Assembly: GCA_048013815.1 (NCBI GenBank)
Contig: CM106585.1
Coordinates: 11,904,001-11,968,000, forward strand
DNA: 64,000 nt
Direction of reading: 5' to 3'
From: Setoptus koraiensis
Lineage: Eukaryota > Animalia > Arthropoda
Positions 1 to 11,085 of this stretch are shown one piece after another (the first letter of the stretch is position 1; the number at the start of each line of letters is the position of its first letter). The notes under the pieces were generated by a model. The model was given only the letters and a program-made list of their open reading frames with translations, was not told where the DNA came from and ran no database searches. A program made the translations under genes and the position numbers.

Positions 1-537
1 GAACGCTATCGCGATCAACGATGGCAACTAGTGCCATCAATGAGAACTCCCAGGGCGGCTCCTGGATGCACAACATACGACGGTTCAATTTATGTTGCTG
101 GGGGGCATACTGGAAAGTGTCGCGTCAAGTCTGCAGAGAGATATGATCCCATTAGCAATCGTTGGATAGAGATTTCGAGTTTGTCAGTTGGCCGGGACCA
201 TCTAAGTCTAGTTGTATTGGACAAACACATTTACGCTGTTGGCGGCAAAACGTCACGCGGCTGGTCAGATATAATAGAAGTATACGACCCTGCAAAAGAC
301 GAGTAGGTAACCCCAAGAAGAACGCGCTCGATTCTTAGAGCTGCTGATTCTTGAATGATGATCGATCATTGGTGTCAAACAATTCTAATACCACGAAAAT
401 CGATACATACATCATCACTTATCATGTTATTATTATTTCAATACACATTTCAATTTAGGTGGACGAGGCGAGATTCAAGACGACTCTATTATTATGGAGG
501 TGCCGTGGCAATCCAAGGACTGAAACATCGGCGCTAG
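1..537 (+). CDS. Kelch-like (KLHL family) protein, 3' part only; exons <1-302 and 459-537
   Basis: Frame 1 is open from the window edge and encodes Kelch blades (IYVAGG, AERYDP, IYAVGG, EVYDP). The apparent stop at 306 lies inside an intron: donor GA|GTAGGT at 303 and acceptor TTTAG at 457-458. Splicing gives DPAKDE-WTRRDSRRLYYYGGAVAIQGLKHRR* and restores the conserved blade Trp. The same intron position occurs in both paralogs at 41-47 kb. Confidence 0.85.
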
Positions 538-1401
538 AGGAGAAAAATAGGATCCAAGTAAAGATCAAAAGAGCGTGACATGCTAATAGTTGGACAATAT
601 TCACATGAGATGTGATCAGCAACAAGTGCATCAGACAACAACAACAACCAGACAAACAATACTAATGACTACATCAGAAAGCACAGCGACAACATAAAAA
701 ATAGCGGTGATTACAATTAGGAATTACATTACATCACTCCAAACTTTTGGTGACGCTGTGCGCAGGCCAAGCGACAGTGTTGTTGCTAACTAACTGGCCG
801 TTAGTGCCTCGGCTACACACCATTGATTGTTACGTAACCGGAAAAGGTGGCCACTTCTCTATGACATCACACAAGCGACTCTTTGTCTAATAGCTAACTG
901 CAACAATGTCGTCAGACATAGTCAGCATAACAATCTGTGTAACCGGCTATGTCGGAAGTTTAGATTATTTATTTATTAATGACATCTGCAGCAATAAAAT
1001 CCATGAATAGGCCTCGAAATGGAACACTATTCAGTTAATGTTGAGAGTAGAAAAGATGACCACTCCTCATATCACTGTATCAAATGTTAGTCTGTCTGCC
1101 TTTGTCCCCAATCTGACCATTGTTTAGCGTTAGTTACGATTTAACACCAAAACGTTTTATTTTCACGAATAAATACCGTTTTAACTGTGGACTGTGCCCG
1201 ACAAACAGATAGAACAAACAAAGTTCAATTGTTTCTTTGTGAATGTCGAATCGAGCATTTAATTTGTTACGCCCATTCAAGCAGAGCGGGTCGTTATTCG
1301 AATGATCATGCATTTTCTATCTAATTGGTTGAAAAAGCTGCAGCAACTCTTATCAATCGTAGTTAAAATTGGTGAAAGTCATAGACAGTAAGTTAAGACC
1401 A

Positions 1402-2532
1402 ATGATGGCCAAATCAAAGCAAATCGACGCGCCTACGTATCTATGTTATTCTGTGATATATATTGTGCTGTTTCTGCCTGCTAGTATAGTGTCGAACAAT
1501 GATGAATATGCCAACAGTCAATCCATTAATTTAAATAATTTGCACAGTATTGACGATTTAGACCATGTTCACAATCATCATATCATTGGGCAAAAGAACG
1601 TTAGACAGTTGCCTCAGCAATTCGGTGAATTATTGAACTCGAATTATGTTCAATCTCTGCTGACCAGATTCTTGCCGCCAAAAATCATGGGCTTGTTAAG
1701 CCAGAGTGGCAGATTGTTGCCACCTTCATCATCATCAGCATCAGGTATGGACGGTAATACTATAGGCCAGAATCCATCAACGCTAGACGATTGGTTAGAC
1801 GTGTCCAGCTATCAGAAAAATTTGCCGGCGGAAAACTATCAAGATACTCTAGCTCAGCGTCAGCTATCATCGGAGAGTAACAATCAGCAACAGCAATCAC
1901 AATATCCAGCTCAACTCCAACAGCGACAGACACCCGGAAATCAGCTTATATCGCAGTCTAGTTCAAATCGACCTAGCCATGCTTCTACATCAATTACTAG
2001 CTCTTTAACTCAGCAGTTAAGTCAGATTGATTTGCATCAATTTGTACCCGTCATCACTCAATTAATCACCTTGTGGCCTACCATAAACAAAGTCATAAGA
2101 GGTTTGCGAAACGGCGGAGCTTCTACCACTGACATAGTGACACAAGGCGACACGAGACGCAACTTTTACTCATTGCAACAGCAGCAACAGGCTAACCAAT
2201 TTCCTTCGAATAACAACGATGATCCGGCATCCATGAGCTCTTCGGCGTTACACAATATTTTACAAAGTGTCACAGGTGGTGCATCCTCTTTGAATTCTTT
2301 GAGTCGATGGAGTGGTCCACTTTCGATCATGGGTCAGCTGCTATTGGGATCCGGAAATAGATCAAGACGATCTATTGTTGTCAATTCAAACGACAACAAA
2401 GTCAGAAGTCTCACCAGAAAGAGACGTTCTCCAGTTGTTTCGGTCAATCTTGAACCAGTCACTCACTTGTCAAGAGGTGCTGTAGCCATCAAACCTCCAA
2501 ACCACAAAAATATCAATCCGATCGTTATTTAG
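1402..2532 (+). CDS. Uncharacterised secreted or membrane-anchored Q/N/S-rich protein (376 aa from the ATG at 1402)
   Basis: Long intronless ORF. Hydrophobic N-terminal segment YLCYSVIYIVLFLPASIVS, low-complexity body, and polybasic sites RSRR and RKRR near the C-terminus. No family recognised. Confidence 0.6.
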   Translation: MMAKSKQIDAPTYLCYSVIYIVLFLPASIVSNNDEYANSQSINLNNLHSIDDLDHVHNHHIIGQKNVRQLPQQFGELLNSNYVQSLLTRFLPPKIMGLLSQSGRLLPPSSSSASGMDGNTIGQNPSTLDDWLDVSSYQKNLPAENYQDTLAQRQLSSESNNQQQQSQYPAQLQQRQTPGNQLISQSSSNRPSHASTSITSSLTQQLSQIDLHQFVPVITQLITLWPTINKVIRGLRNGGASTTDIVTQGDTRRNFYSLQQQQQANQFPSNNNDDPASMSSSALHNILQSVTGGASSLNSLSRWSGPLSIMGQLLLGSGNRSRRSIVVNSNDNKVRSLTRKRRSPVVSVNLEPVTHLSRGAVAIKPPNHKNINPIVI

Positions 2533-3153
2533 AGAATATTCCAAAGCTTATGCCATTATATTGATATGCATGCTTGTAAGTTAATGGAATTGGAGAATCA
2601 TCTTGATCTAACAGATTATAATTAGATACGAAGGGAAATATGACTATACAGAGATGGTAGGATTTATGCGAGGTATTCTCGATGGGACCAAAATGTCGTG
2701 TCGACCAAAATGCAGTTAGGGCAATGTAAGATGTTATTAGGTCGTCCATTTTGTAAACAACGTGCATAATGAATTTTGAGAGATATTTTTGCACGATTAC
2801 ATATGAGGATCAACAATTTAATCAACAAGCGGTCGCAGAAAGTTGCGACAAAACCGGACTGTCACCTGTAGACGAGCGGTTCTTTCTTGAACTCGACACA
2901 CTGTACAAAGACATTGGCAGATTCTCACACAGTACATGTACACACTTTTATGCTAGAAACGAGCACAACATCCAACTAGATAATTGTCATCTAGAAATAG
3001 AATGAATGTTTTTCTCCTAGAGAATCAGGCGAAATTGTTGAAAAAGACACCTAAGACCAAGATTGAGTGGATCCAACAAGATCGAGCTTTGAGTAAAATA
3101 TCTTGAGGATTAGTGAATCCCAGAAAAAATTCTTGCTGACAAACTTTTTGTTA

Positions 3154-4335
3154 TTATTGCAAAGATGTGGGTTTATCTTCATTCATATCATCGCGAGACA
3201 AATTGTCAAAGTAGTCCGCCACTTCAGCATACTCGTTAGCATCGTACGAACTCTCGACGGGTTCCCATCGGTGAGCTTCATCGTGAAGTATTTGGTCCCT
3301 CCGTGTTTTTCTGGCCATGCTAGTGTTCTTCTTGCGCTGGCGAATCAAAAAATCTTTCATGAGTTGCAATCTTGTGTCCGGATCGGGTGTGTCATCTGGC
3401 TTACTACTGTCATTTGTTTGCTGGATGAACATAGAGTTAGTCCATTCGGATGGAGGTAATGGGTCGCTGACGGCTCGGAATTCTCTGCTTGCAGCCGCCC
3501 GCTGTTTAGCCAGGTTGTTCAGTACTTTTTGATATAGTGATACGTAATCAAGTCCCAGCGCATGGTTGTCCATATCAGGCGGACAGTGGAACAAGGGCCT
3601 CGTGTCATCGATGTCATTTTTGTTCAATTCATTCTGCGTCGTCTTAGCATTGTATAATCCATTCGCTTGCTTAGTCTGAAGCTCTTTTGAGTTGCTTTTT
3701 TCTGTTCCTTTATCGGCTTTATCCAGTAGTCTTGCCAAGACTAGATCAACTGCGGCAGCTTTATCATAGATGAAATTTATCGGGGGTACCCTACCAGTTA
3801 GTTGGCGCTCACTAATACTCTTACTAAGTGTTGATGTAAAGGTGTTCAGTTCTTTGACTAGTTTATCAAGATCTTGCCTAGAAGATGAATAGTAAATATC
3901 TATGCCTTTCATAAAGGCTTTCGTCTCGATACTGGTGATTTTAACATCGAGATCTTCCAATCTGAGTCGCAAACTCTCTGTTGAAACTACATCACTGATT
4001 ATTTCAGTGTAATGCCTGTTGAGTACAATTTGCCTCCTCGTTATGTGTTTGATATTGACATGTTTGCTTTGTTGCAATAATTGAGGCGCCCCTTTGTGTA
4101 TATTAATAGAAACATCTGGTTTCAATTGGAACGTATCTCTAGGTTTGTTTTTCCACAAGCCCAGTAATTTTTTCATCTGACCAACCTGCTTGGTCAGCAT
4201 GGACGTCGGCCTGACGAATTGGGACGGCATCCTGGGGTAAATCTGGCTTGTCAGGTCGAAACAACAAAGATAATAATTAAATTCCCATGTTGATTTAGGT
4301 CTCGGCATGTAGTTTGGCTCGTTTTTATTGTTCAT
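3154..4335 (-). CDS. RBFA: Mitochondrial ribosome-binding factor A-like protein
   Basis: The central segment RRQIVLNRHYTEIISDVV...KITSIETKAFMKGIDIYYS...LSKSISERQLTGRVPPINFIYDK resembles the RbfA KH-like core of metazoan mitochondrial RBFA. The true start codon is uncertain. Confidence 0.72.
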   Translation of the reverse strand: MNNKNEPNYMPRPKSTWEFNYYLCCFDLTSQIYPRMPSQFVRPTSMLTKQVGQMKKLLGLWKNKPRDTFQLKPDVSINIHKGAPQLLQQSKHVNIKHITRRQIVLNRHYTEIISDVVSTESLRLRLEDLDVKITSIETKAFMKGIDIYYSSSRQDLDKLVKELNTFTSTLSKSISERQLTGRVPPINFIYDKAAAVDLVLARLLDKADKGTEKSNSKELQTKQANGLYNAKTTQNELNKNDIDDTRPLFHCPPDMDNHALGLDYVSLYQKVLNNLAKQRAAASREFRAVSDPLPPSEWTNSMFIQQTNDSSKPDDTPDPDTRLQLMKDFLIRQRKKNTSMARKTRRDQILHDEAHRWEPVESSYDANEYAEVADYFDNLSRDDMNEDKPTSLQ

Positions 4336-4776
4336 TCATTTTGATCACAGATATTCGTTAACTCGTGTACTGCAGCTCCATGAAGCACAGAACCTTCGAA
4401 AGGTGCGAGCGTGCCGCTCGTCGCAGATGTTTTGTCTGCTGAGGATGCGCAATCGATTTTGTTAAGTTGATTCCAGATAGTGTGCGTCTCGACACGACTT
4501 GTGCCAAAGAGCAATCCACTGTTCAAATCAGAAAATACAATGTGGAATCTAGCGTGTTCAATAATAAATGTGTCAATAAATAATTCACACGTAGAAGTAA
4601 AAGTGAATAAAAAATGAATTTGTTCATGAATATTTTAAGGATGAATATTCACCATTTTTGAATTTCACGCCGATAAAAAAATATGAATGGAATTCACGTT
4701 ACGCCGACGACTCTGACAAACATTTATTGAGATCATATTTTTATTTTTAGAATTTGGACCCACATTATCTCACGAC

Positions 4777-5478
4777 ATGGCAAGGACTATGAAAAAACGT
4801 TTATTTATTGTGATACTACATCTGGCGCATCTACTATGGGCCACCTGTATCCAGATACAATTGTATCTCATACTACTTTATTACTATGTAGCGTCTTCAA
4901 GATATTTCAACAAATTATATGGCCACTCCGAGGAATACATAAAGGAACTCACTAATAGCAAAATCACAAAACAACTCCCACAACATTTGGCTTTGTGTTT
5001 AACTAATGAAAATAGGAACTTCAATCTACCCTCTTTAGTCAATCTTATTACTTGGAGCAAACAACTAGGCATAGATTATATAACGTTATACGATGATCAT
5101 GGCAAGCTAACTGAACAACGGAATCAATTGGAGGACATTCTTTTAGAGAGGTCAGGGAAACCAATAGATAAAGTGAAAATACTCTCGCGTAGTGATGGTA
5201 GGCCAAAGTTCGTTAATTTAATTAGAAATTTTTCGATATTGCCAAAAGACAAGATCAATTTAAATTTTGTAAATGAACAAGTAACACAATCGGATGGCTG
5301 TCCACATCCCGATTTACTAATTATATTTGGAGTGACCTCAAGCATATATGGCTTTCCACCGTGGCAGTTAAAAACGACTGAAATATTTCACCTTCCAACT
5401 CATAGAAATATATCATTTGATAGTTTTGTCAGCTGCCTAGAACAATATACTAGAGTTGAAAAAAGAGTAGGCGCTTGA
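4777..5478 (+). CDS. NUS1: Dehydrodolichyl diphosphate synthase complex subunit NUS1/NgBR (cis-prenyltransferase family), 233 aa
   Basis: N-terminal TM segment, PQHLALCL, ITLYDDHGKL, PHPDLLIIFG...GFPPWQLKTTEI, and the C-terminal RxG motif (KRVGA). Confidence 0.92.
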   Translation: MARTMKKRLFIVILHLAHLLWATCIQIQLYLILLYYYVASSRYFNKLYGHSEEYIKELTNSKITKQLPQHLALCLTNENRNFNLPSLVNLITWSKQLGIDYITLYDDHGKLTEQRNQLEDILLERSGKPIDKVKILSRSDGRPKFVNLIRNFSILPKDKINLNFVNEQVTQSDGCPHPDLLIIFGVTSSIYGFPPWQLKTTEIFHLPTHRNISFDSFVSCLEQYTRVEKRVGA

Positions 5479-5726
5479 TTGTGTTCCAGCCAATGATGCC
5501 AACTACCTATTATTTAATTACCCATTCAAATATATTCTAGATCAGATGCACCTAATTGTCTGTAGTAGAAAACCTCTCGCCGGCGTTGAGGAGCAATATA
5601 GAAAATAAATGAACAACTATTTGAGATACACATCGATGATTTATTGAATAACAAAGATATCGATCTAGTTACTAAGCTCCACGAGGAGCTACCAATGACG
5701 GGTATTGGAGTTAGTAGACAGGTTTT

Positions 5727-6260
5727 TTATTTAGTGCAAAATTCGCCTGGATAAACACAATTTGAGTCTCCAGATTCGCATGGACAAGCGTCGACATATA
5801 AATCGGCCTTGATCTGAGCAGTGGTACATTTTTCGCCCAATATTGCCTTAGGTTGACAGCTTCTTATTTTAGATTCACGATCTAGCATACAACAGCCACT
5901 AATACAATCGCCACTATATAGACACATTTCACCAAGAGCTCTATTTCTTCTTCTAGGCTCCTCATCAATTGGATGCTGCATCATATCGGCATCACTCCAG
6001 GCATCATTGTAAGAGCTAAGTTTGCTTTGTTTTTCTTTCTCTCTATATTTTTTCTCTTTCATGACCAGCTCTTTGGCTGTATTGTGTCCTTCCATTTGCT
6101 CTTTGAAGGCGTCCTTCTTTGAGGGTGGCTTCGTTGGATCAGTGTCAGCAGAATGTACATTTAATGTGTTTATACAAACAATAATCATGACTAGTATCAC
6201 AACGTAGCAGACATTGGCCATATTTGCTGACGACAAACGCGATTTAGTTGTTGGATTCAT
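5727..6260 (-). CDS. Secreted colipase/prokineticin-fold (10-Cys) peptide precursor, 177 aa
   Basis: Signal peptide (VCYVVILVMIIVCINTLNVHSA) followed by a charged propeptide ending in RRRNR. The mature domain has the spacing C-x5-C-x3-CC-x10-C-x9-C-x13-CPC-x6-C-x6-C. Confidence 0.8.
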   Translation of the reverse strand: MNPTTKSRLSSANMANVCYVVILVMIIVCINTLNVHSADTDPTKPPSKKDAFKEQMEGHNTAKELVMKEKKYREKEKQSKLSSYNDAWSDADMMQHPIDEEPRRRNRALGEMCLYSGDCISGCCMLDRESKIRSCQPKAILGEKCTTAQIKADLYVDACPCESGDSNCVYPGEFCTK

Positions 6261-8391
6261 TTTGTGTGTGTCTGTGTGTTTAGGTGAAATTGCCTATCTA
6301 TGTGAGTTTGTCTTTCTAATCTGTGATCAATAGTTAATCAATAGCAGCGGACATGAAGCAATCGTTTCTAGTTTTGTTTTCTATCGTTGTTTGCCTTCGA
6401 TAGAAAATTCCTCGGTTTGTTGTCTACTATAAATTTATTATTATTTAGTTGAGTCAGTATGAATTTATGCTTTAATAAATAGTAAAAATGATCTTTTCAA
6501 TGTTCTCGTGATTGATTTCTATGACCTACACATCAATAAGACGCTGCTATCTTATGATTAGTAGAAATGAGTATTTTCGTAAATATGTTATTTTTTGATT
6601 GTTTTACTCGATTCGCTAGAGTATTCCGCACAGATCATATTAGCAGACCGTCTACGCCAATGGTAATTACATAGTTAGAATGGTAAAATGGTGATGATCC
6701 GGACTTAACTACGGATAAGAAGGTCACCTGTTGGAATTCTCACCTGTGCGTCTGAGTGTTGCTGCGAACAAAATTTAAGTCGCTGTTCTTCTGACTGATT
6801 ATATATTTGGAATATAAAGCCTTGTGGTGTGTTTGAGCTTAACCACTAGTGATATATTAGCATTCTTCTTCAGCTTCCACCATTAAAGGTTGTTTCTCTG
6901 TTGTTGCTGTTGCTGATTCCTTTCTCTGCCGTCTTCTCTCTCTATCTCTCGCTTTATCACAGTCTCTATCTCAGCAAGCTTGCTGCAAGCATGATAAGCT
7001 TTAACAAGTTGTTGTTGTAGAATGTGTGCGTGCATTAGAATTGCAAATATATTTCTAGAATTCTTATAAGTTTTTCACCTGCAAGTGTCTGAGCCGTTGA
7101 GTCCTCACTTGGTCTCTACCTATCTTTCTGTGTGGCTGCTTAAGTGCGATGAAAACAACGACAGCACTCACCTGTCGTGTTGTTGTTGCCAGTGAGAAGA
7201 AAAACAAGTGCGTGGCAAATTGCTCAGAACGAAGCCGATGAGACTGTACAAAAGACTCAGGGAATCTATAAGTTGTGTAATGTGTTTATCAGTTTCTCCT
7301 ATGGGTACTTACTCATAGCAGAAGCCCAAGTATCTAGCAAGGAATCTTGTCACTCTCATGCTGGGTATTCTGTGAAGTGTTGTTGTTGTCGTTACTAATT
7401 ACGCTGCAGATCTGCGGCTCTCAGCAGGCAGGCCTCCCCTTCTTTTTCTCCGCGATAATCGCTCATACTGTATTTCAATTCATCTCGGGATGGTTGTTGC
7501 ATAGTAAGCCATAGTTGTTGCTGATGCCAACAATCGAATTGGCTGCAGAAGAGAGTAAGATTATATTGCAAAAAGTTGATAAGTCATGGTATGAATGGCA
7601 GTTCCAACATCCTGGCAGACACATATGAATGATTTGGCTCGGCTTCCACTTCGACAATGAAACATTGTAAATATTAAAGACTCTACAGTGTATATTGTTG
7701 CAACAAATCCAGAAACGACGACGCGAATACCGCTGTCGCCACGAATGTGATCTTATTAGTATTAATCCATATGAAGCTGCCGAAAGTCACAAACACCATC
7801 TATGGTAGCGATAAATTGCCTGGATGAGTTTGATCCGTAAAACTGTTCAAATCCTGCTGATTCTATCTGTTCTCAGTGCGGTTAATCAAATCATTGAAAT
7901 TTTCTGTTTGATTGGCATTCGACCAGTTTTCTAATACTCAAAGAACTATGATTGTTTTTCACATCAGAGAAAATCACGGCTTTCTCAATCAAAGGTTCAA
8001 AACAACCGAAACACAGAATGAATGAAAATGTCGTAAAATGTGAACTGTTTGTGCGTCAACACGCGCGCAACACGTTCACCGATCATGTGATCATGGCGGC
8101 GTTTCATCATTTCAATGGAATGATTTCATATTTTATTTGCTGACATTTATTGTGTTGACATTTGTGAACCGAAAGAGTTTTTACTGTCGTTTCAATAAAT
8201 TATTTATCATTCGTTGTTGGGAGTTCTGACAACATTGTGATATTGTCATCATTGCCACTCCCTTATTGGTCATATCGAGATACAGCAACTTGCCACCACA
8301 CTTAACTCCTTCCAGAAGCAAGTTTGATTTTCCATAAAAAAGAATAAAATATCCATCTAAACTAATCAACTTATCCCAAAGAAGCCACATC

Positions 8392-9594
8392 ATGACAAAG
8401 GAATTATTGCTTGCAAGAGAAAAATTGAAGGCCAACAATTTGGAAGCCGGTCTTCCCGGTCGCGAGGAACACTATCAGCGGATACATAGTTTTCTTGTTG
8501 ATAGACTCAAAGTAAGAAGCACGAAAAGCAAATCAGCAGGCCCCGTAACCAGCCATGTTAATCAGACTGTTTTTGTTTGTGGCGTACCTGGCACAGGTAA
8601 AACAGCGACAGTCATGTCAGCCATCGAAGGACTGAAAAAAGTTACACCTAAGCCCTCATACACTTTGGTTGTCATCAACGGTATGCAGTTGACGGCGCCT
8701 GATAGAGTTTACTCAGAATTACTCTATCAGATGCAAGGCGATAGAATGGGCCCAGAAAAGGCACAGGATAAACTGACAAAAATTTTCACCTCGGATCGTC
8801 AAAATGCAACACGCAAACACACTATACTAGTGATAGACGAATTGGATGTCTTATACACGGACAGGCGCCAATCCATTTTTTACAATCTGTTCGATTGGCC
8901 AACATCAGCCGAATCAAAATTAATTGTTATTGCTATAGCAAATGCCATGGATTTGCCAGAGAGATTTATGTCTTCTAAAGTGATGTCACGTATGGGTTGG
9001 GATAAAGTCATATTTGAGTCATACACGAGCGACGGACTAGCGAAGATATTGTCAGCGCGTCTAGGCAAGAAGCTTATGGACAAATGTTTTGAAAGAAGTG
9101 CCATAATGTTGGCATCTAAAAAAGTCGGCCGTACATCTGGCGATGCACGTAGGATATTAGACACATGTAGAATGGCCATAGATCTGGCCATTGACGGTAA
9201 GATACCGACGGTGACTCCCGCACTGATTGATCAAGTGGCCAATCAAAATTTCGATGTACACAGGCGAAACGCTTTGTTGCGTTGCTCTAATATGCAGAAA
9301 TTAATACTGAGATGCATCCTAAAAGAATCCGATAGATTAGGCGAGGAAAATGTCAAAATTATTGGTGTACATACGCAATTTATGACAATGTTACGCAACT
9401 ATCCGTTCATAAAACGTCCAAACACTGACAAATTTTTTAAGGACGTTGTGGACATGGCTGGACAAAGCCTGATTTTCATCGACCAGGACAAGCCATTTCT
9501 AGAGAAGAGAATATTTATCAAGAGCTTGACCGACGACATCCAGGATCTCATTTTACAATTCACCATAGAAAAGCCAAAGCCAATTGAGTACTAG
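8392..9594 (+). CDS. ORC1: Origin recognition complex subunit 1, AAA+ and winged-helix region only (400 aa)
   Basis: LPGREE, Walker A GVPGTGKTATV, Walker B ILVIDELD, YNLFDWP, IANAMDLPER and SGDARR. These ORC1-type signatures distinguish it from CDC6. Confidence 0.92.
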   Translation: MTKELLLAREKLKANNLEAGLPGREEHYQRIHSFLVDRLKVRSTKSKSAGPVTSHVNQTVFVCGVPGTGKTATVMSAIEGLKKVTPKPSYTLVVINGMQLTAPDRVYSELLYQMQGDRMGPEKAQDKLTKIFTSDRQNATRKHTILVIDELDVLYTDRRQSIFYNLFDWPTSAESKLIVIAIANAMDLPERFMSSKVMSRMGWDKVIFESYTSDGLAKILSARLGKKLMDKCFERSAIMLASKKVGRTSGDARRILDTCRMAIDLAIDGKIPTVTPALIDQVANQNFDVHRRNALLRCSNMQKLILRCILKESDRLGEENVKIIGVHTQFMTMLRNYPFIKRPNTDKFFKDVVDMAGQSLIFIDQDKPFLEKRIFIKSLTDDIQDLILQFTIEKPKPIEY

Positions 9595-9640
9595 AGGTGC
9601 TGTAAATGTGTATAATAATGATAGGTTTTATTTATTTTAT

Positions 9641-10237
9641 TCAAACCTCCATGGCCTCCATTTCTGCGTCGGCCTCCTCTTCTGATTCGTCGGTGTAGTT
9701 GTATTCGGCCTCTGAATCGTCGTCCGCCTCCATCTCTTCGTCGTTGTCGGCCAATTTTTTAACAATTACATGTGCCTTCTTCTTTTTGTTGATGGCCATC
9801 AGTTCTTTAGCGGACATTTTGGCCGCCGGTGATTTGATGAGGGCTATGTCGCGCTTGACCTCGTTCATGTCACGCAAATTCTTGATCTTTTGCGCTGCTC
9901 TGGCCCTCAGTCTGGCCTGATGAGCCACGCGCCTCTGGCGAATGGCCTCGATTCTTTTCATGGCTTCGGCTGTCTGTTGCCATAGTGTCCTACTGTATTT
10001 GACGGGTATGTTTCGTTTCTTTTCCAAATCGAAGGCCGGATCAACCGTGAGCTCCTTGCCGTTGGCACGCCTATAGGCCTTGGTCCATCTAGTTTTGCGC
10101 GGGTTCTTTTTGTGTTTGAATTGCTTGTGACATTTGGATCGACAAAATTTAAACACCTTACAATCGTTCCTCACATATTGTATTCCGTGTCCTGGATAAA
10201 GGGGCGCCGAACAGAAGCTGCAGCGATCAACACGCAT
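9641..10237 (-). CDS. RSL24D1: Ribosome biogenesis protein RLP24 (L24e-like), 198 aa
   Basis: N-terminus [33 protein letters not shown]...[13 protein letters not shown], followed by [20 protein letters not shown] and an acidic tail. Confidence 0.95.
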   Translation of the reverse strand: MRVDRCSFCSAPLYPGHGIQYVRNDCKVFKFCRSKCHKQFKHKKNPRKTRWTKAYRRANGKELTVDPAFDLEKKRNIPVKYSRTLWQQTAEAMKRIEAIRQRRVAHQARLRARAAQKIKNLRDMNEVKRDIALIKSPAAKMSAKELMAINKKKKAHVIVKKLADNDEEMEADDDSEAEYNYTDESEEEADAEMEAMEV

Positions 10238-11005
10238 GGTTTTACAATGGCCACACTAATCAAATTACTAAATTATTTTATACTAGTTAATAATGAATAA
10301 TATATATCATCTGCATAGAATATATATCATTTGTATATAATATACAATTACCAAATGATATGAATTGGATTTAATATGCATGCCTACGATGCAGTCGACG
10401 ATTTATTATTATTATCATTGGTATATTGGCACGCATGACGTGAATGGGCTGACTGGAAAAACGTGGTTTGTGGAAGCTCGGCGCGCCCTCTCACGCCCAA
10501 CTCGCCAGTTACTTTTGGATGCTCTCCGAGAGGCGCACGATTCGCGGCAAGCGAATGCACATCAAATAGCTCGAGGCAATCTCTCTATTTCTGCATTAAT
10601 TGCTGCTATTACATAATCAACTTTTTTGCTGCCAATCTGTGATACATTAATATTTGTTCATTCATGTGCAAACTGTATCACTACCACTGCTGCCAATGCT
10701 AGTGCTATGGTCAGCAGCAATACTGGAGAATAGTTGGCCAGGCAAACCGACCATTATTGCGCTGCGATGGTCAGTGAATGAGTGAACTAGTTTGAGACTC
10801 AAGCTCAACTTATCAGCTTGCAAAGCCGATTAAACAGCAGCCAGACACAACGGCCAGGTTATCTGGGCGATTACGTAAGCTCGGCAGAGTGTAGCTTGAT
10901 CAACAATGGCAACAAGTGACCTGGCAAGTGGCATGCAAACTGCCTGAACTCATTGATATTTGTGCAGCTATCAGTACTGTTACCAAGCGCACCTATTTCA
11001 TGAGC

Positions 11006-11077
11006 GGTTCGGTGGTCTAGTGGTATGATTCTCGCTTTGGGTGCGAGAGGTCCCGGGTTCAATCCCCGGCCGGACCC
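11006..11077 (+). tRNA. tRNA-Pro, anticodon TGG
   Basis: 72-nt cloverleaf: acceptor stem GGTTCGG/CCGGACC, anticodon arm CTCGC-TTTGGGT-GCGAG, T arm CCGGG-TTCAATC-CCCGG. A-box TGGTCTAGTGG and B-box GGTTCAATCCC are intact. Confidence 0.97.
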
Positions 11078-11080
11078 TAC

Positions 11081-11085
11081 TTTTT
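11081..11085 (+). terminator. RNA polymerase III terminator (T5) of tRNA-Pro
   Basis: TTTTT begins 4 nt after the discriminator base. Confidence 0.7.

Noticed and set aside
2525-3150. Short ORFs 2525-2794 (-), 2769-3005 (+) and 3103-3459 (+)
   Set aside because: No recognisable domain. The plus-strand pieces are stop-interrupted and at best a decayed remnant, and 3103-3459 is antisense to RBFA.
4332-4526. 64-aa ORF overlapping the RBFA start by 4 nt, resembling prokaryotic translational coupling
   Set aside because: The locus is eukaryotic, the ORF begins at a non-ATG codon and has no homology signal. The overlap is most simply chance.
10365-10616. 83-aa ORF with a helical-looking core
   Set aside because: Non-ATG start, no usable splice acceptor and no recognisable family.
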